A stretch of 38,105 nucleotides of DNA from contig JASJQH010000050.1 of assembly GCA_040143965.1 (NCBI GenBank), positions 1 through 38,105 of the forward strand, given 5' to 3'. Positions 1-12,153 of the stretch are shown here, piece after piece. The notes under the pieces were generated by a model. That model searched no databases. It was not told the DNA's origin and was given only the letters and a program-made list of their open reading frames with translations. The stretch's first letter is position 1. Every line of letters starts with the position of its first letter. The position numbers were made by a program, and so were the translations under genes. Origin of the DNA: Basidiobolus ranarum. Lineage: Eukaryota.

Positions 1-730
1 CTCAGGGTTAACTGCACCCCTTATCGTCAAACCCCATACATTCTGACCAGTCCCTCTCAGGATTTGTGGCTTGAATCTCTGATGGGCGGGAAGACAAGGG
101 TTAATTGTATATTATAGCATAAATAGTCGGTAGTACTGCGATGGGGATAGGCTACATATGAAAACAATATCATGTCAATAGGACCTAGCATCACAGTGAT
201 ACTAAGAAGCTCAATGAACCAGGTCACTCTTTGCCTCCATCATTGAGTACTAATTAGATACTCGGTGTGACTAACCAACATTAGCCACTCTGTCATGAAT
301 TGCAGTCTAGAATAGTACTTTACTCAACTATGCCATGTTGTCTAGACTCATCTTTGATATACAAATAACGGATGCCTTGATTATTAGTACGCCATTAGGG
401 CATCCTCCCCTCCCAGTAAATCATTTAATAAGTCACGCTTAGTTCCAAAACTCTTTACGGCAGATATTGAAGATGCGACTAATTTATTCAATAAGTCAGA
501 CATGAAAATTTAAACAAGAATTAAAGAATGAACATTCTACTTTAGGAGATAGTACTGATGTATATGTACTTAATGTAATTGTAAATCATTACTTTCGATA
601 CAAATCCGAAAGAAATCTGTAGACGACAAACTTGGTATGTTTTCTTTAGGTGAATACAAGTAGGCTGAGGAAAAATGAAAAAAACTGACCACTGGATATT
701 ATGAACCTATTATAAACAATACCTTGAAGG

Positions 731-2455
731 CTATCTGAGTGACAGCTCTTCTAACTCATATCGGTCTGATGTAGCTTGTGGTTGCGGGGCCGATTGTAGT
801 GGATAGTAAACGTCCTCCGATTGCGAACGGCTAGTGTTAGGCGATGGGCTATATTGAGTTGTATTTCTGTCAGGACCACCAGCTTGTTTTCGTCGAGCAA
901 CCAGTTCTATACGCTTTCGCGCCAACCGAAATGAGTCCACTCCACAGCAAAACACATTGCGAATGAATTCCGGTAGATAGTACAAGTAAGCATCCACAAA
1001 TGCCCACCACGGAGTTAATTTACTGGGTGTCGTCGTGCCAGTATCATGCTTGGTATCACTATGCATCAACGAAGTGCTCACATCATCGATGTTGTAGAAT
1101 TTGATCATCGCAAAACTAGCAGCACACATCACCGTGCAGACGATAATCACATAGATACCCGCTTGTACTTCTTCAGCAGGCCAGGCTAAACCATCACTGG
1201 AGTGTGATCCGTCAGTTCCTTTGATGACGCCCACCGATTTCAGAATAGCCAAGAGAATATTACCAGCGTAGAACATAACCATAATGGGACCCTTCACACA
1301 CCAAAACATACCATGTGCATGGATTTGACCCTTGTTCCATTCCCGATGAAATACTGCTAGATATGTGAATAGGGCTGACAAGATGGTTGACAAGGAAAGA
1401 AAGTTCACTATAGTCAACCACAAGTAAGCTCCATGGACATTAAATTGAGATTCACAGTAATAGCCCTTGAGCTCGGTGAAAATGGAAATAAAGGCGTCAA
1501 TAATAGACCTATGATCCACATGAACATAAAGATATTAGAATTTAATAAGTAAAGTTCTAGGCCATGCGTTATCTAATTGTTTCTTACCAAATTGGATATT
1601 GGAAAACAAGGATATCGGTAATGATTCGGTAATGCATGCCCCACTTCGATTTCCTAGATCATGCGAATAGAACTACTCATCAATATCAAATGATATACAA
1701 GATAGTAATAAATAAATTTGTGCTTACAGATCGACCTTGATCATGGAAAAGACCTTTGTGGAAAAGGGTTCCTTGATACCTTGAGCTTCTTCACGGAAGG
1801 GGTGCAGGTAAGCTTGTAAGCAGGCATATAAATTGTAAACGGCAAAAGCCTCGAATAGAGTAGCAAAAAAAAGAATGGTAGTGGAATAATCATAGCGAAG
1901 GTAGGAAATCCAAGCCAAAGTAGCGTAGAAAGGCGGATACAATAATACGCGAAGCTTATGTCTCTGAATCATAGGGTCACTAGAAATATTGAATAAGTTA
2001 AGGTTACACTAATCCATTCTGATAGAGCAAAGAGAATGAGTCAATATTTACTAATAATTCCGAAGGTGTTTTCTAACAATATACAACGCAACACCCCAAG
2101 TGATGAGTAAGAGAGCCGAGCACACTAACCAACCTACAATATGCCAATTGTACCTAATTAGAAGCAAACAAAAGTAGAAAAAAGATAGATTAGTTAACTT
2201 GTAGCAAAGCGTCAAGCATGCACAATTCATAATGACAACAAGATTCCTTACGTTGGATGTAGCCAGACATCTTTAAAGTTAAAACTGGGTTGACCACTAT
2301 AGTATTGAATTAAAAGGGAAGAGAAATGAGAAGGCTTAGTGCATCATTTTTAAGAGATATGTCACTAGGAAGGAGAAAACTTACAAAAGTCCTTGGATTT
2401 TCAATCCACCAGTAGTGGGACATGTTAGTTCACTTGCCGAGTTACTATTATCCAT
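731..2455 (-). CDS. OSTalpha/TMEM184 family (organic solute transporter alpha-like) multi-pass membrane protein, 6 exons
   Basis: Manual model complement(join(731..1508,1588..1653,1728..1979,2052..2153,2252..2296,2385..2455)) = 1314 nt, open frame, all GT-AG introns. Translation includes 'WLVCSALLLITW...IVRKHLRNYYDPMIQRHKLRVLLYPPFYATLAWISY...FEAFAVYNL', 'GYYCE' and 'KGPIMVMFY', matching my recollection of the Solute_trans_a family pattern (HL..Y..P..QR..IRIL...P.YA). Confidence 0.85.
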
Positions 2456-3242
2456 ATATGTATTAATATGTTATCTGTGTTACTTCTGTACAATAGTGTC
2501 AGAGAGACAACCGTGCAAACATCCATGCTAAGCAAGTTGGGATTCTTTTATATTATTATTTCGGGCTAAGTAACAATGTGATAAGACATCTGCAAAAAAT
2601 TAACAAATCTGACCCGCTAAAACCCCCCAACCGTTTATCCGATCGTAGATTTGATGAACATTCCAATGAAGTTTCCAATTGACATTCAGAATATTTCAAA
2701 TCAGTAAGAACAGCTCATGCTTGTTATCGTTATCGATGCAATGAGCAGAGTATATTCCACAAAGTATTTCCATTTTTATAGCACTTCGCATGAACTCTAT
2801 TGTTTCCTTAGAGAATATGGATATAAATATATGGGATTAAACAATACAAACATAATATCCAATTCACAAATGAGATGAAATGGAGATAACCTGCTCCTTT
2901 AATCCAAGCCGATTTATAAATATTCCGGGCTAAGCCTTGCGGTTGGAGTGTCAGGGTGGTGAAGATCTGCGTAGAAATTGTATTCGCATCGGTAAATCTA
3001 TTTAATTAATGTCATGTGTTTGTACTGGACTTTTAGGGATCATTGGCACATGTGATTCGGTGGTGCAAAGTGGTGTGCGCCTTAGCCTAAAGAGAGCAAA
3101 GTAACTCCTATGCACAGAAAAACCAATATGCACATCTAACCCTAACCCTAAGCATTATTGATTGATTTTGGTTGTTCCTAATTTATGAATACCAAATGAT
3201 ATACTCACCCTAACCCTAATTGCTCAGCCAATATTGTAGGCG

Positions 3243-3420
3243 TTTATCCACCCGACATCATACTGTTTATCATTTATTCAATCCATTAGCCGCCCGATGT
3301 TTTTTTGGGCCACGACTCATATTTGCCACTGGATACACAAATCAGTTCAAGATTTTGTAGCAAGTTGCTGAGCCTGACTCCATGTACATCACCAGTGGCC
3401 TTTAAACCCGTGAATCTGGG
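3243..3420 (+). mobile_element. Decayed Ty3/gypsy integrase zinc-binding (HHCC) fragment
   Basis: One frame from 3243 reads FIHPTSYCLSFIQSISRPMFFWATTHICHWIHKSVQDFVASC*A*L, resembling the integrase motif H..G...T...I.R.F.WP.M.KDV..FV.SC..C. A purine tract (gatgggaggagggacag, ~3432-3448) and LTR-like repeats follow. Recognised by eye only. Confidence 0.45.
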
Positions 3421-3509
3421 ATATATGTCCAGATGGGAGGAGGGACAGTTTTATACATTTCATTGAATTGGAGCTTCCTTGAGTTGTCTAGAGATTTTCA
3501 AGCCCCCAA

Positions 3510-3815
3510 TGTTGTGAGTATTTGGTACGAATTGGAAGTGCTTAGGATAACTAGAGGAAATATGGATTTTGCACTTGTTATTTTATTGGATTGAAAATAA
3601 AGAAAAGTGGTGACAAGGGTGTGTTCCTAGGGTGTTCAGGAAGCCGGGATGAAATTTGGGCTGTTTTGGATGAGTTTGAAAATTTCTATCTTTGATCATT
3701 GCTGAGATATGTCAAATATATCCAAAATAAATGCCATTTTGAACTTATGAAATATTAACTAAATAAGCGTTGAATATGCTAAACGTGAATATGAATAATT
3801 TGGTGCTTATTCTAA
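3510..3815 (+). repeat. Highly diverged copy of the local LTR family
   Basis: Starts TGTTGtgagtatttggtacgaattggaagtgcttaggataactagagga, which aligns by eye with the reverse complement of the 4244-4565 element (TGTTGaagtgttttgggaatttgttggaagtggtttggagcactagaaga). The 3' end is approximate. Confidence 0.4.
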
Positions 3816-3941
3816 TACCCCAGTACCCATGGGAGCAAACGAAATCACCTGAATTTTTATGTATTGCTGCCCAACCAGGGGCGTATGGTATGAGCACAAG
3901 TTGAAACTAATGCAGCTTTATTAAGATTCCAATGTTTTACT

Positions 3942-4187
3942 TGTTGAAGGATTTTGAAAACTAGAAGAATTGGTAGTTTTCGCCTACTGATTTATTTCAT
4001 GCAATTGACATTTATACTTTTATCAAGAAGTAGATAAACTAACGTGTAGAGTACAAAGTTTCAGAAAATCATATAATCTTCAAACTTCCAAGTAAATTCC
4101 TCATGAAGATATTGAATAATAACGTAGTGAAATTTAGGTAGCTAACTATATGACTTTATAGATGCTCCAGCTACGTCATTTTCAACA
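3942..4187 (+). repeat. LTR-like repeat, forward copy
   Basis: TGTTGAA...TTCAACA termini. Clearly collinear with 11903-12153 (shared blocks aactagaagaattggt, gacatttatacttt, aacttccaag, aataacgtagtga, tttaggtagc, actatatgact, gtcattttcaaca). Confidence 0.8.
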
Positions 4188-4243
4188 TTGCGATGAAGCA
4201 CAAATGATGAGTCCAAGGTTGCTGCCAGTGTTTGGAGAGTAAC

Positions 4244-4565
4244 TGCTGAAATTAGCATAGCCTAAACACCTATATAGTCATATATAGCTTAGTATTTATT
4301 CATTCTATATTGAACTAAGATATCACTCACTATTCTCAACCGGAATTTACTTAAAAGTTTGAAGATATATAGATTTTGATAACTTATCCTAGATGCTCCA
4401 AACTTGGCACACATGTTCCTAGGACCTTCATTGACACACTCTACACGTTTTTTGGTTTACCCAACTATAAATGACCACTTTCCACTCAATAAATCAATGA
4501 GTGAAAACCTTCAACTCTTCTAGTGCTCCAAACCACTTCCAACAAATTCCCAAAACACTTCAACA
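4244..4565 (-). mobile_element. Solo LTR (322 bp) with 5-bp target-site duplication
   Basis: On the minus strand begins TGTTGAA and ends TTTCAGCA. Flanks are GTAAC (4239-4243) and GTGAC (4566-4570). It is an inverted homolog of 3942-4187 and 11884-12153. Confidence 0.7.
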
Positions 4566-4619
4566 GTGACAACCTAACAGATATTCCTGCGTTTTTGCAG
4601 TTTAGCAATATATTTATTA

Positions 4620-5040
4620 TATTGGAAGATGTGAGGTTTGTGGAAAGAGTTTAAAGACATGAGGTTCTTGTGAGTCAGGGCATATGCACCTATTGAACAG
4701 AAGTACAATATTTATACTTTTAAGGGTATACAGGAGTAATGTGGTTATGTTCGAAATACTGCAATCAAGAAAGGTAGAAAATCTGGCACATACTTTGCAT
4801 ACTGTTGGACTAAGAAACATTTGCTTAAGGGGGGATACATTGAGTGCCAATTTTTAATATCGGATTTAGCGAAGAGAATTTGCCTATCCATTTGGATAGT
4901 ATTTACTTGGAAAATCATACAGTCAGGTTTTGTCAACTAAATTGCAAGCCCTAATTCTCTATGCTTATTGGGAGTGCACAGCTTACATTTGCACTCAGCC
5001 GTAGGCTAACATAGTTCAGTAGAAGGGATAAACTATGGCA
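4620..5040 (-). mobile_element. Decayed Ty3/gypsy reverse transcriptase fragment
   Basis: Frameshifted motifs in the expected order: FIPST (GFI.PS), LTKPD, ILFAKSDIKNWH (FSKLDL..GYHQ), KQMFLSP (KTAF.TP), SISNITT (GL.NAP.T). The YxDD motif is not preserved. Weak, by-eye call. Confidence 0.35.
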
Positions 5041-6746
5041 AGTGTATGTGAAGCTTATTAGTATCATATGATACTTCCACGCGAATGTACGTTCCAAACT
5101 GGTGATAGCACATGGTCAGTGGTGTCTCGAATTTTCGTGATCTCAGACTCGGTTTCAAACTAAAAGAGCTTTGTGATATAGCGCTCTCAATTGCCTTCGA
5201 ACTCACACTCAGTTTTTTCTGCAATGGTCAGTGCGGACACCATTCAGATCTAGGAACCGTATGCAGCCACAAACAAGTAACCCACTTACTATTGTATTCC
5301 CATCAGATCTTCCCATACATATTCAGCCATAGTAAAGATTATTATTCAAACAATATTTGGTATGATGCTTACGATGTACGTACTGTATTAAACGTGGGAG
5401 GGAAGAGAAGAAAATAGTATATTATTAAACATAGTTCAACCCTAAATTCCTACATTGACAAAAGTGAAACTATATACCATTGAACTGTGTTGAACAACTA
5501 AGCCATTGTTTACTATGAAATATGTTAGATAGAAACTCCATCTCCTGGGAGTCGCTAATTTGGAGACTGAGCCAATGGTCACACTGTACGCGAGTTCCGG
5601 CATTATGCATTTAGTAGACAACAGAGCCAACACGTAGTGGTTATAATTAGAGTAAACTGGTATCATCGATTGGTTTGCCGTTGACACTAACGAATAACAT
5701 AGACCAGGAATGCTAGTTCTCCGCATTTAACCCGAAATCCAGTAAGAATCACATGATGAAACAGCATTCAAGCGACAGCACAGCTAATCAGTAAACTGAG
5801 ACCAATCGATAGCGTTTAGCACACTCGCCATCATACTGCATGTTCAGTTATGACAAGCGGATACAACGATTTACCTAAGCCATCTCGACAGCTGGGACTG
5901 TTATTCGGCGCAATACCAACGGTGTTCTTATGTAACTTGGTAATTTTCTCTGATTCGGCAGTATTGAATGACAAGTAGGCGAATATGTGCCATTTCAGTT
6001 ATAGCAATGGTTGTCTCAAACCTTGGAGTTTGGAATGAAGTATATATACGAGCGCTCAAACCAATCATAAGCGAGTAAATCCATACAATGTCTAATCTTA
6101 TATTTGTTTTCTCTTGCGACCTGGCTATTCTGTCAACAGTGCAAAAATAAACTCGTTCTCCAGCTAAGGTTGGAGTTTCGATCCATGATTCGCTCATCGA
6201 TAATGATCGAAATCTTCATTAGAGACATTAACGATGTGTCAGAGTGTGCCATCTTTATCTTGGCCATCGATCTCACTAACATGATTGATACCCAACGACT
6301 CCGAAGACTCGTTTAAAAGTGCTGTTGATATTCATTAGATCATATATAGTACTGCCCAAATGACGTGATACACTCTCTGGTTCTTCGAGCTGTTTCAATC
6401 GTTGGATCAAAATTGCGCTAAATGCGGTCAAGATGATTTGCGCATCCTCATTCTCAAATTTGACAGGATGCCAATAATACCATGGGATTATGCGACAAAG
6501 AGGAGTAAACTTTATAAAGGATGGTGTCGTATTCCCCTAAAGATATCGTAAGCTCTTTTTGGAGTATATCTCGACTCCAGGGTTGCCATAGCTTCCATAA
6601 TTCTACTCGACACCGCTAGATCCTGATAAATTCACTTGCTAAACAACCTTCCTTTGGGATAGCTTGTGTTACACCTACTGTTATATTTCATTACAGAGAA
6701 ATTCCAAACTTGTGTAGACTGCCTACCACCTTCAGAGGGTCTCTCA

Positions 6747-9133
6747 ATGAAGCCTGTGCAATTCACGCAACATCTGTTCAAGGGCAGAAGTTTTGATGCC
6801 CGTCATATAGTAAAACGCCATGTTCCTCTCAGCGGATGGATCAATCGATATAATAAGAAGTGGTTGATAGGTGATTTGATTGCAGGCATCACCATCGGTA
6901 TAATGCTAGTTCCTCAAGTAAGTCAATTCTTGCTAAACAGATTCCTCAACAGAAGTAATGACCAAATAATGTTTTTGATTAGGCTCTTGCGTATGCGCAA
7001 CTGGCGTCGGTACCTGTTCAATACGGTCTCTATTCCTCATTCCTTGGTGTTGCCATTTATTGTATTTTTGGTACGTCTAAAGATATTTCAGTAGGACCAT
7101 CTGCAGTATTGGCACTGTATATTGGTACGGCATTAGATCCTCTCATAGCGAAAGGTTACGACCCAATTCAATGTGTCGTTACAATGTCATTCTTGATTGG
7201 CTGCTTCGCACTAGGGCTCGGAATCTTCAGGCTTGGTATTATCCTCGACCTGATATCTATCCCTGTTATCAAAGGATTCACTGCAGGTGCCGCTGTTACT
7301 ATTTTTTTTAGTCAGGTCAGTTAACAAATTTAGCCACATTGACCCATCTAGTAGATATTAAATTATCTGATATTTAGATCACATCTCTGCTCGGTATCTC
7401 AGGTGCAAAAGTACAAGGCCCTATCATTGATGTCATAAAAGCCATCATTGCAGTTCTTCCGCGCACAAGATGGCAAGATGCGTTGGTAGGGTTCAGTGGG
7501 ATAGCATTGATGGTTATTTTAAAATGGATGTCGGCCAAGCTGAGTAATGCCCATCCTGCAATTAAGATGCTAGGAATCACTCGCAGCGCCATCTGCGTTA
7601 TACTATTTACACTATTGTCATTTGCAGTCACCAAAACGCAAGGGGAGGGTGTTATTACTGTTGTCGGAAAAATTCCCACTGGCTTCCCTATTCCTGCTGC
7701 ACCTCGCCTAGATGGTGACTTCATTTCTCAACTCGCCGGCCCTTCGATTATTGGCCTTGTTGTGGCTATTATTGAACACATTGCGGCAGCCAGAACTTAT
7801 GGTATATTCTCATACAGCCGAATAATTCTGAGGCCCGTAACTGATATTTACTGAATTCTTAGGTCGCCTAAACAATTACAAAACAGATAGTAGTCAGGAA
7901 TTCATCGCGCTTGGAGTATGTAACATATTTAATAGCTTCTTTAGTACCTTTCCAGTTACCGGTGCATTATCACGTAGTGCAGTGATCTCACAATCCGGAG
8001 TCAGAACTCCTGCGAGCGGAATTTTCACCAGTGTCGTAGTTATGCTTTGCCTAAATTTTCTGCCCCCCGTGATGTACTTTGTTCCGAAACCTATACTCGC
8101 TGCCATCATTATGGTCAGCATTGTTCCACTGATATGTGGATTCAGTGTGTACAAGCAATTGTGGGATATTCAAAGTAACGTTATATCTCTTTGTACTGGA
8201 GTTCGACTCAATTACTAAACAGTTTCTTAACACTTAGAAACTGATATGATTGCCTGTTTACTAGCGTTTCTGGTGACGATCTTTACCAATATTGAAACAG
8301 GTATCGAAGTTGCAGTCGGATTTTCTCTTCTGATAAGTTTGCATAGAATTGCCCGACCAAAATGGCAAATGCTTGGTGAAGCAGTTGAAGAGTCGGGGAT
8401 ATATGCTGATAGATGGTCCAATGATTGGGCAACGTATCCATCACCACCTGGAATTGTCATATTTCGATTCTCCGAATCTATCACATTCTTAAATGGAGAA
8501 TACTTTAAAGACAAAGTCCTAAATGCTGCATATATAGCCACTGAACCAGCGGAGAAGTTACCAGACTCTTGGGCAGAGCGAATTTGGTCTGATGATAGGG
8601 ATTCTCGTATCCGCCGTATACGAAATGCATTTATTCAGCAATTACCGCCAAATGCAATTAATCGGCCAAGCGAAACGAGTACACCCGATGTAAACTTTGA
8701 AAGTGACCGGCTATCGAGTACTGATGACCTTTCGGTTGCGATGGACACTGAGAAGAAAGATTCCATTGCAACCTTAAAGGCAGTGATACTGGACTTTAGT
8801 GGGGTGAATCATGTAGATTTTGCCGGATTGCAATGTCTCTTAGACTTAAAATCGCAGCTTACCAACTACGCAGGAAATCGTGGATTTGAACTTCATTTTG
8901 TTGGTCTAAAATCCAATGTATTAAGACGTATCGAACCATCTGGTATCACCCGACATCCGGATGATGGACCAGAAGAACAACACCGGTATATGCACCTAAG
9001 CATCAGAGATTCGGTACAGTGCATAATGGAAGATTGGCATCATAAGGGGAATCAGTCCATGGGACAGCTTCATTCACAATACGACCTTAAAGAAAAATTT
9101 GATGAAGTGGATATCCATACCCATCAGCCTTGA
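6747..9133 (+). CDS. SLC26/SulP family sulfate/anion permease with C-terminal STAS domain, 5 coding exons
   Basis: join(6747..6917,6983..7315,7378..7801,7863..8174,8238..9133) = 2136 nt, GT-AG introns. Motifs: GDLIAGITIGIMLVPQ|ALAYAQLA.VPVQYGLYSSF, FGTSKDISVGP, QEFIALGVCN, TGALSRSAV..QSGVRTP, and STAS 'PPGIVIFRF' and 'VILDFSGVNHVDFAGLQCL'. A TATAAA at 6513 and a possible 5'UTR intron (6548-6696) lie upstream. Confidence 0.93.
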
Positions 9134-9812
9134 GGAGTTCCAATTCAATACACGATGAAATGCCACTGATTCGCCCCAATCTAGGATATCCACTCCACAT
9201 AACCCGGCAAATGATAAATAGCATACCATTAAGGTAACCATCATCGACTACCGAACACATAAATGTAACTGAAAATAATCCACGGAAGTAGTCCGCTTCG
9301 ACTAGTATCGTTGTGTTGAAGGGCACTCTCAAGTTTGCGAAATTGAATACGATTTTGAATTAAGAACCGACTCTATTTATATATACGTATACTAATGTTA
9401 CAATCGCCCAAATATTAGCATCATTCAATTGTCATTTCATATAGCAAACATAGTATGGCACTACTAATCTAAAGTACGCCTTCAGTCATTCAATTTAATA
9501 AAGGAAAATTGCCAGTTACATTCCATAGGTGATATTTATCGGTCATAAAGTTAATGTTACAACGCCTTTAGCATCAACTAGTCTCGGCAACAATATTAGT
9601 AGCCGAGGCAAGATCATACACTTTGATATCTTCCTTAATTCAATTTGTGATAAATGAGCATTCAATCTTCTGATACATTAGATGAATCATAGATTATATG
9701 TACATACAACTGACAGTGAAGTTCTGCATATATGCACCAAAGTACAATAAAATTATCGAAGGATGGATAATCACAAGTCAGACATTTCTCCTCCTTCGAC
9801 AACATTTATGCT

Positions 9813-11588
9813 ATGGCTAATAGAACAACTAAGTCACATCTGCTACCTTCTCCATCTTCCACTAGTGAAAATCCATCTTCTCTCTCTTCTATGATATTTG
9901 ATTCACCCCAGTATATGCCGAATTCACAATCAAGAGAGTACAGTAACAAAAAACGCTTGCGCTCAAATAATGAACCACTGGGTCTCTTGAATTCCACTCA
10001 ACCAGCACCGTTGGTAACCAAAAGATTGCCAAGAATTCCCAAAGCCAAGTATAACTGGTTAACCATCATCAGTCTTTATTTTCAAATAGTTTAGAAGAAA
10101 ATGATTTTGATAGCGATTGTACAGCAATATCGGATTCTGAGACGAACCAACCCAATTTAAACAGTGAGAAACGGTTGACCATTAGGGAAGCGAAAACGAG
10201 GGAAGATCTAAGGGTAAGTGGAGATAGAATATGAAAAATGAATTCTTTATTAAATGGTATCCATTACATTGAAGCCTCGTAGTGATAAAGTTGGAGTAAA
10301 ATCAATATTTAAGCGATATATCTCACTACCTTTTCTGAAAACTACACTAGAAGAATCAGTGAAAGTAACTGAAAAAAAGAAACCCCAGGAGAAAGGGATA
10401 TCCGAGAATCCGAACTCAGTCGAGACTCACAATGCAGAATCATATACAGACGAGAGAGAAAGATTCCCCTTGACGAATATTCGACAATTCAAAAATCGTG
10501 TACGAGAATTTGACACAATTTGTTCGGATATGTTATTTACAACAACTACATACCATGAGAAATACAAACAGTTGAAAGATGATTTTGGTGATCATCAGCA
10601 AGATTTCCACAATGAATTGATGACCAAATTTAAAGAGATGTCATCAGAGTTGGGTAATTCGATATCCGAAGATATTTGTATGATATAGAATAATATTTTA
10701 TGGTAAACTCATACTAAAATGATTTGACAGTGAAAATCGTCAGTGCGAAAACAGACGATGCAGAAACTGATGTCAAACAGCAGTTAGATTTAGAAGTTGC
10801 TAATACACAGCAACAAATTAAGGTAATTTTTCTTGTAATCTTGGGATAATGGCATTTACTTATGCGAACATTGCCTTTAGCAAGTTGCAGAGCAAGTCGG
10901 TCGAATAAAGAATAATTTTGAAGAGTTTAATCAAAAATGCTCCTATCTGATGGTAAAGATATTGATACTTGAAATTTTTTAGAGAGGCTCATTGATAAGT
11001 TGCTTCTTAACTAGAATAATCAATTGGTCATCCAAGAGACCTTAAATGAGCTGTGTAAAAAGTTAGTATCAACAATTAGAAATTATTTTAAAACATCATA
11101 GTAATATGCTGTTCACATACTACTAATACAGTGGTTGCCAGTTCAATGAGTTTCCCATTGCCAATGTACCAGACAAACCAAATCAATGCGAAGGTTTAGC
11201 AATCAAATGACGTCAAAAATTGGCTCGACTAAAGTTATTAACTACTAGATATTAATTTTTTCGTAATAGTCATTCTCAAAGCGGTACCTTCAGTACCTAA
11301 CAGATGTACAACACCGATTTCATTAGCTAATAAGAATGGAACTTCTAAAGAGAATGGTAAGCATCTTAAGTAATATGATTTGGATAAAAACAACAATGAA
11401 TTTCTTTCAAGTCATCAAAGAACGAGAGGTCTCGATTCCACCAAAGAAAAAATTAGTTAACGAGAAGAAATCCACCACTCCTAAGAAACAAATCAAGGTA
11501 ATGTTGATTCAGCTTTAGATTGGAAAATAGGAAGTAGTCTGATCGCTGATACCTTTCTCATTAGAAACGTCGGATGCTAATAACTTAA
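9813..11588 (+). CDS. Uncharacterised multi-exon (~10 exons) protein with Ser-rich N-terminus, central predicted coiled coil and basic C-terminus
   Basis: Exons chain in frame through GT-AG introns (e.g. DLR|PRSDK, SEL-V-KIVS, QIK|QVAEQ, YLM|NNQLV, QIK|KRRMLIT*), with the stop at 11586-11588. The boundaries of the first intron (~10049-10089) are uncertain. No family confidently recognised. Confidence 0.75.
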
Positions 11589-11883
11589 CACGAAACTCAT
11601 AAGATTGTGTCCTACTAAATATAGTTGATGATTAATTATGATTTCCTTATTTATGAGAATATTATTAAAAGGAGTCACTACAGTATTTAATGCAATATTC
11701 GATAGTATGAGCAAAACCAAAGCATACTACAGTCAATTGATTAAATGTATGATTAAGAATAAACCCTATTCAAACATCAACAGATGTGGACTATTTCCAA
11801 GTAACAAGGAATCAATATTGAGTATCCCTTACCATGTAGTGCTACTCCTTTGGACTATCAAAGGAATGAGATGATGCTTTAAC

Positions 11884-12153
11884 TATCAAGTATTTTGGGA
11901 GTTGTTGAAAGTGATTTTGAGAACTAGAAGAATTGGTGGTTTTCACTTAATGACTCATTGAGTGTAATTTGACATTTATACTTTTGTCAAGAATTAGATC
12001 AATCAACATATAGAGAGTACAAAGTATAAGAAAATCATTAAATCATTGAACTTCCAAGGAAATTCCTTATGAAGATATCTCATAATAACGTAGTGAGATT
12101 TAGGTAGCCAACTATATGACTATATAGATGCTTAAGCTATGTCATTTTCAACA
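11884..12153 (+). repeat. LTR-like repeat, dispersed copy
   Basis: TGTTGAAA (11903)...TTTCAACA (12153) 8-bp inverted termini. Collinear with 3942-4187 and with the reverse complement of 4244-4565. No clear TSD. Confidence 0.8.

Noticed and set aside
5928-6197. ORF MSESWIETPTLAGERV resembling the N-terminus of bacterial RimJ/RimL GNAT acetyltransferases (possible HGT pseudogene)
   Set aside because: The similarity covers ~16 residues only; no GNAT core motifs were found downstream in the frames examined.
7374-8541. Minus-strand ORFs 7374-7724, 7894-8154, 8051-8233 and 8227-8541
   Set aside because: Antisense shadows of the sulfate permease exons.
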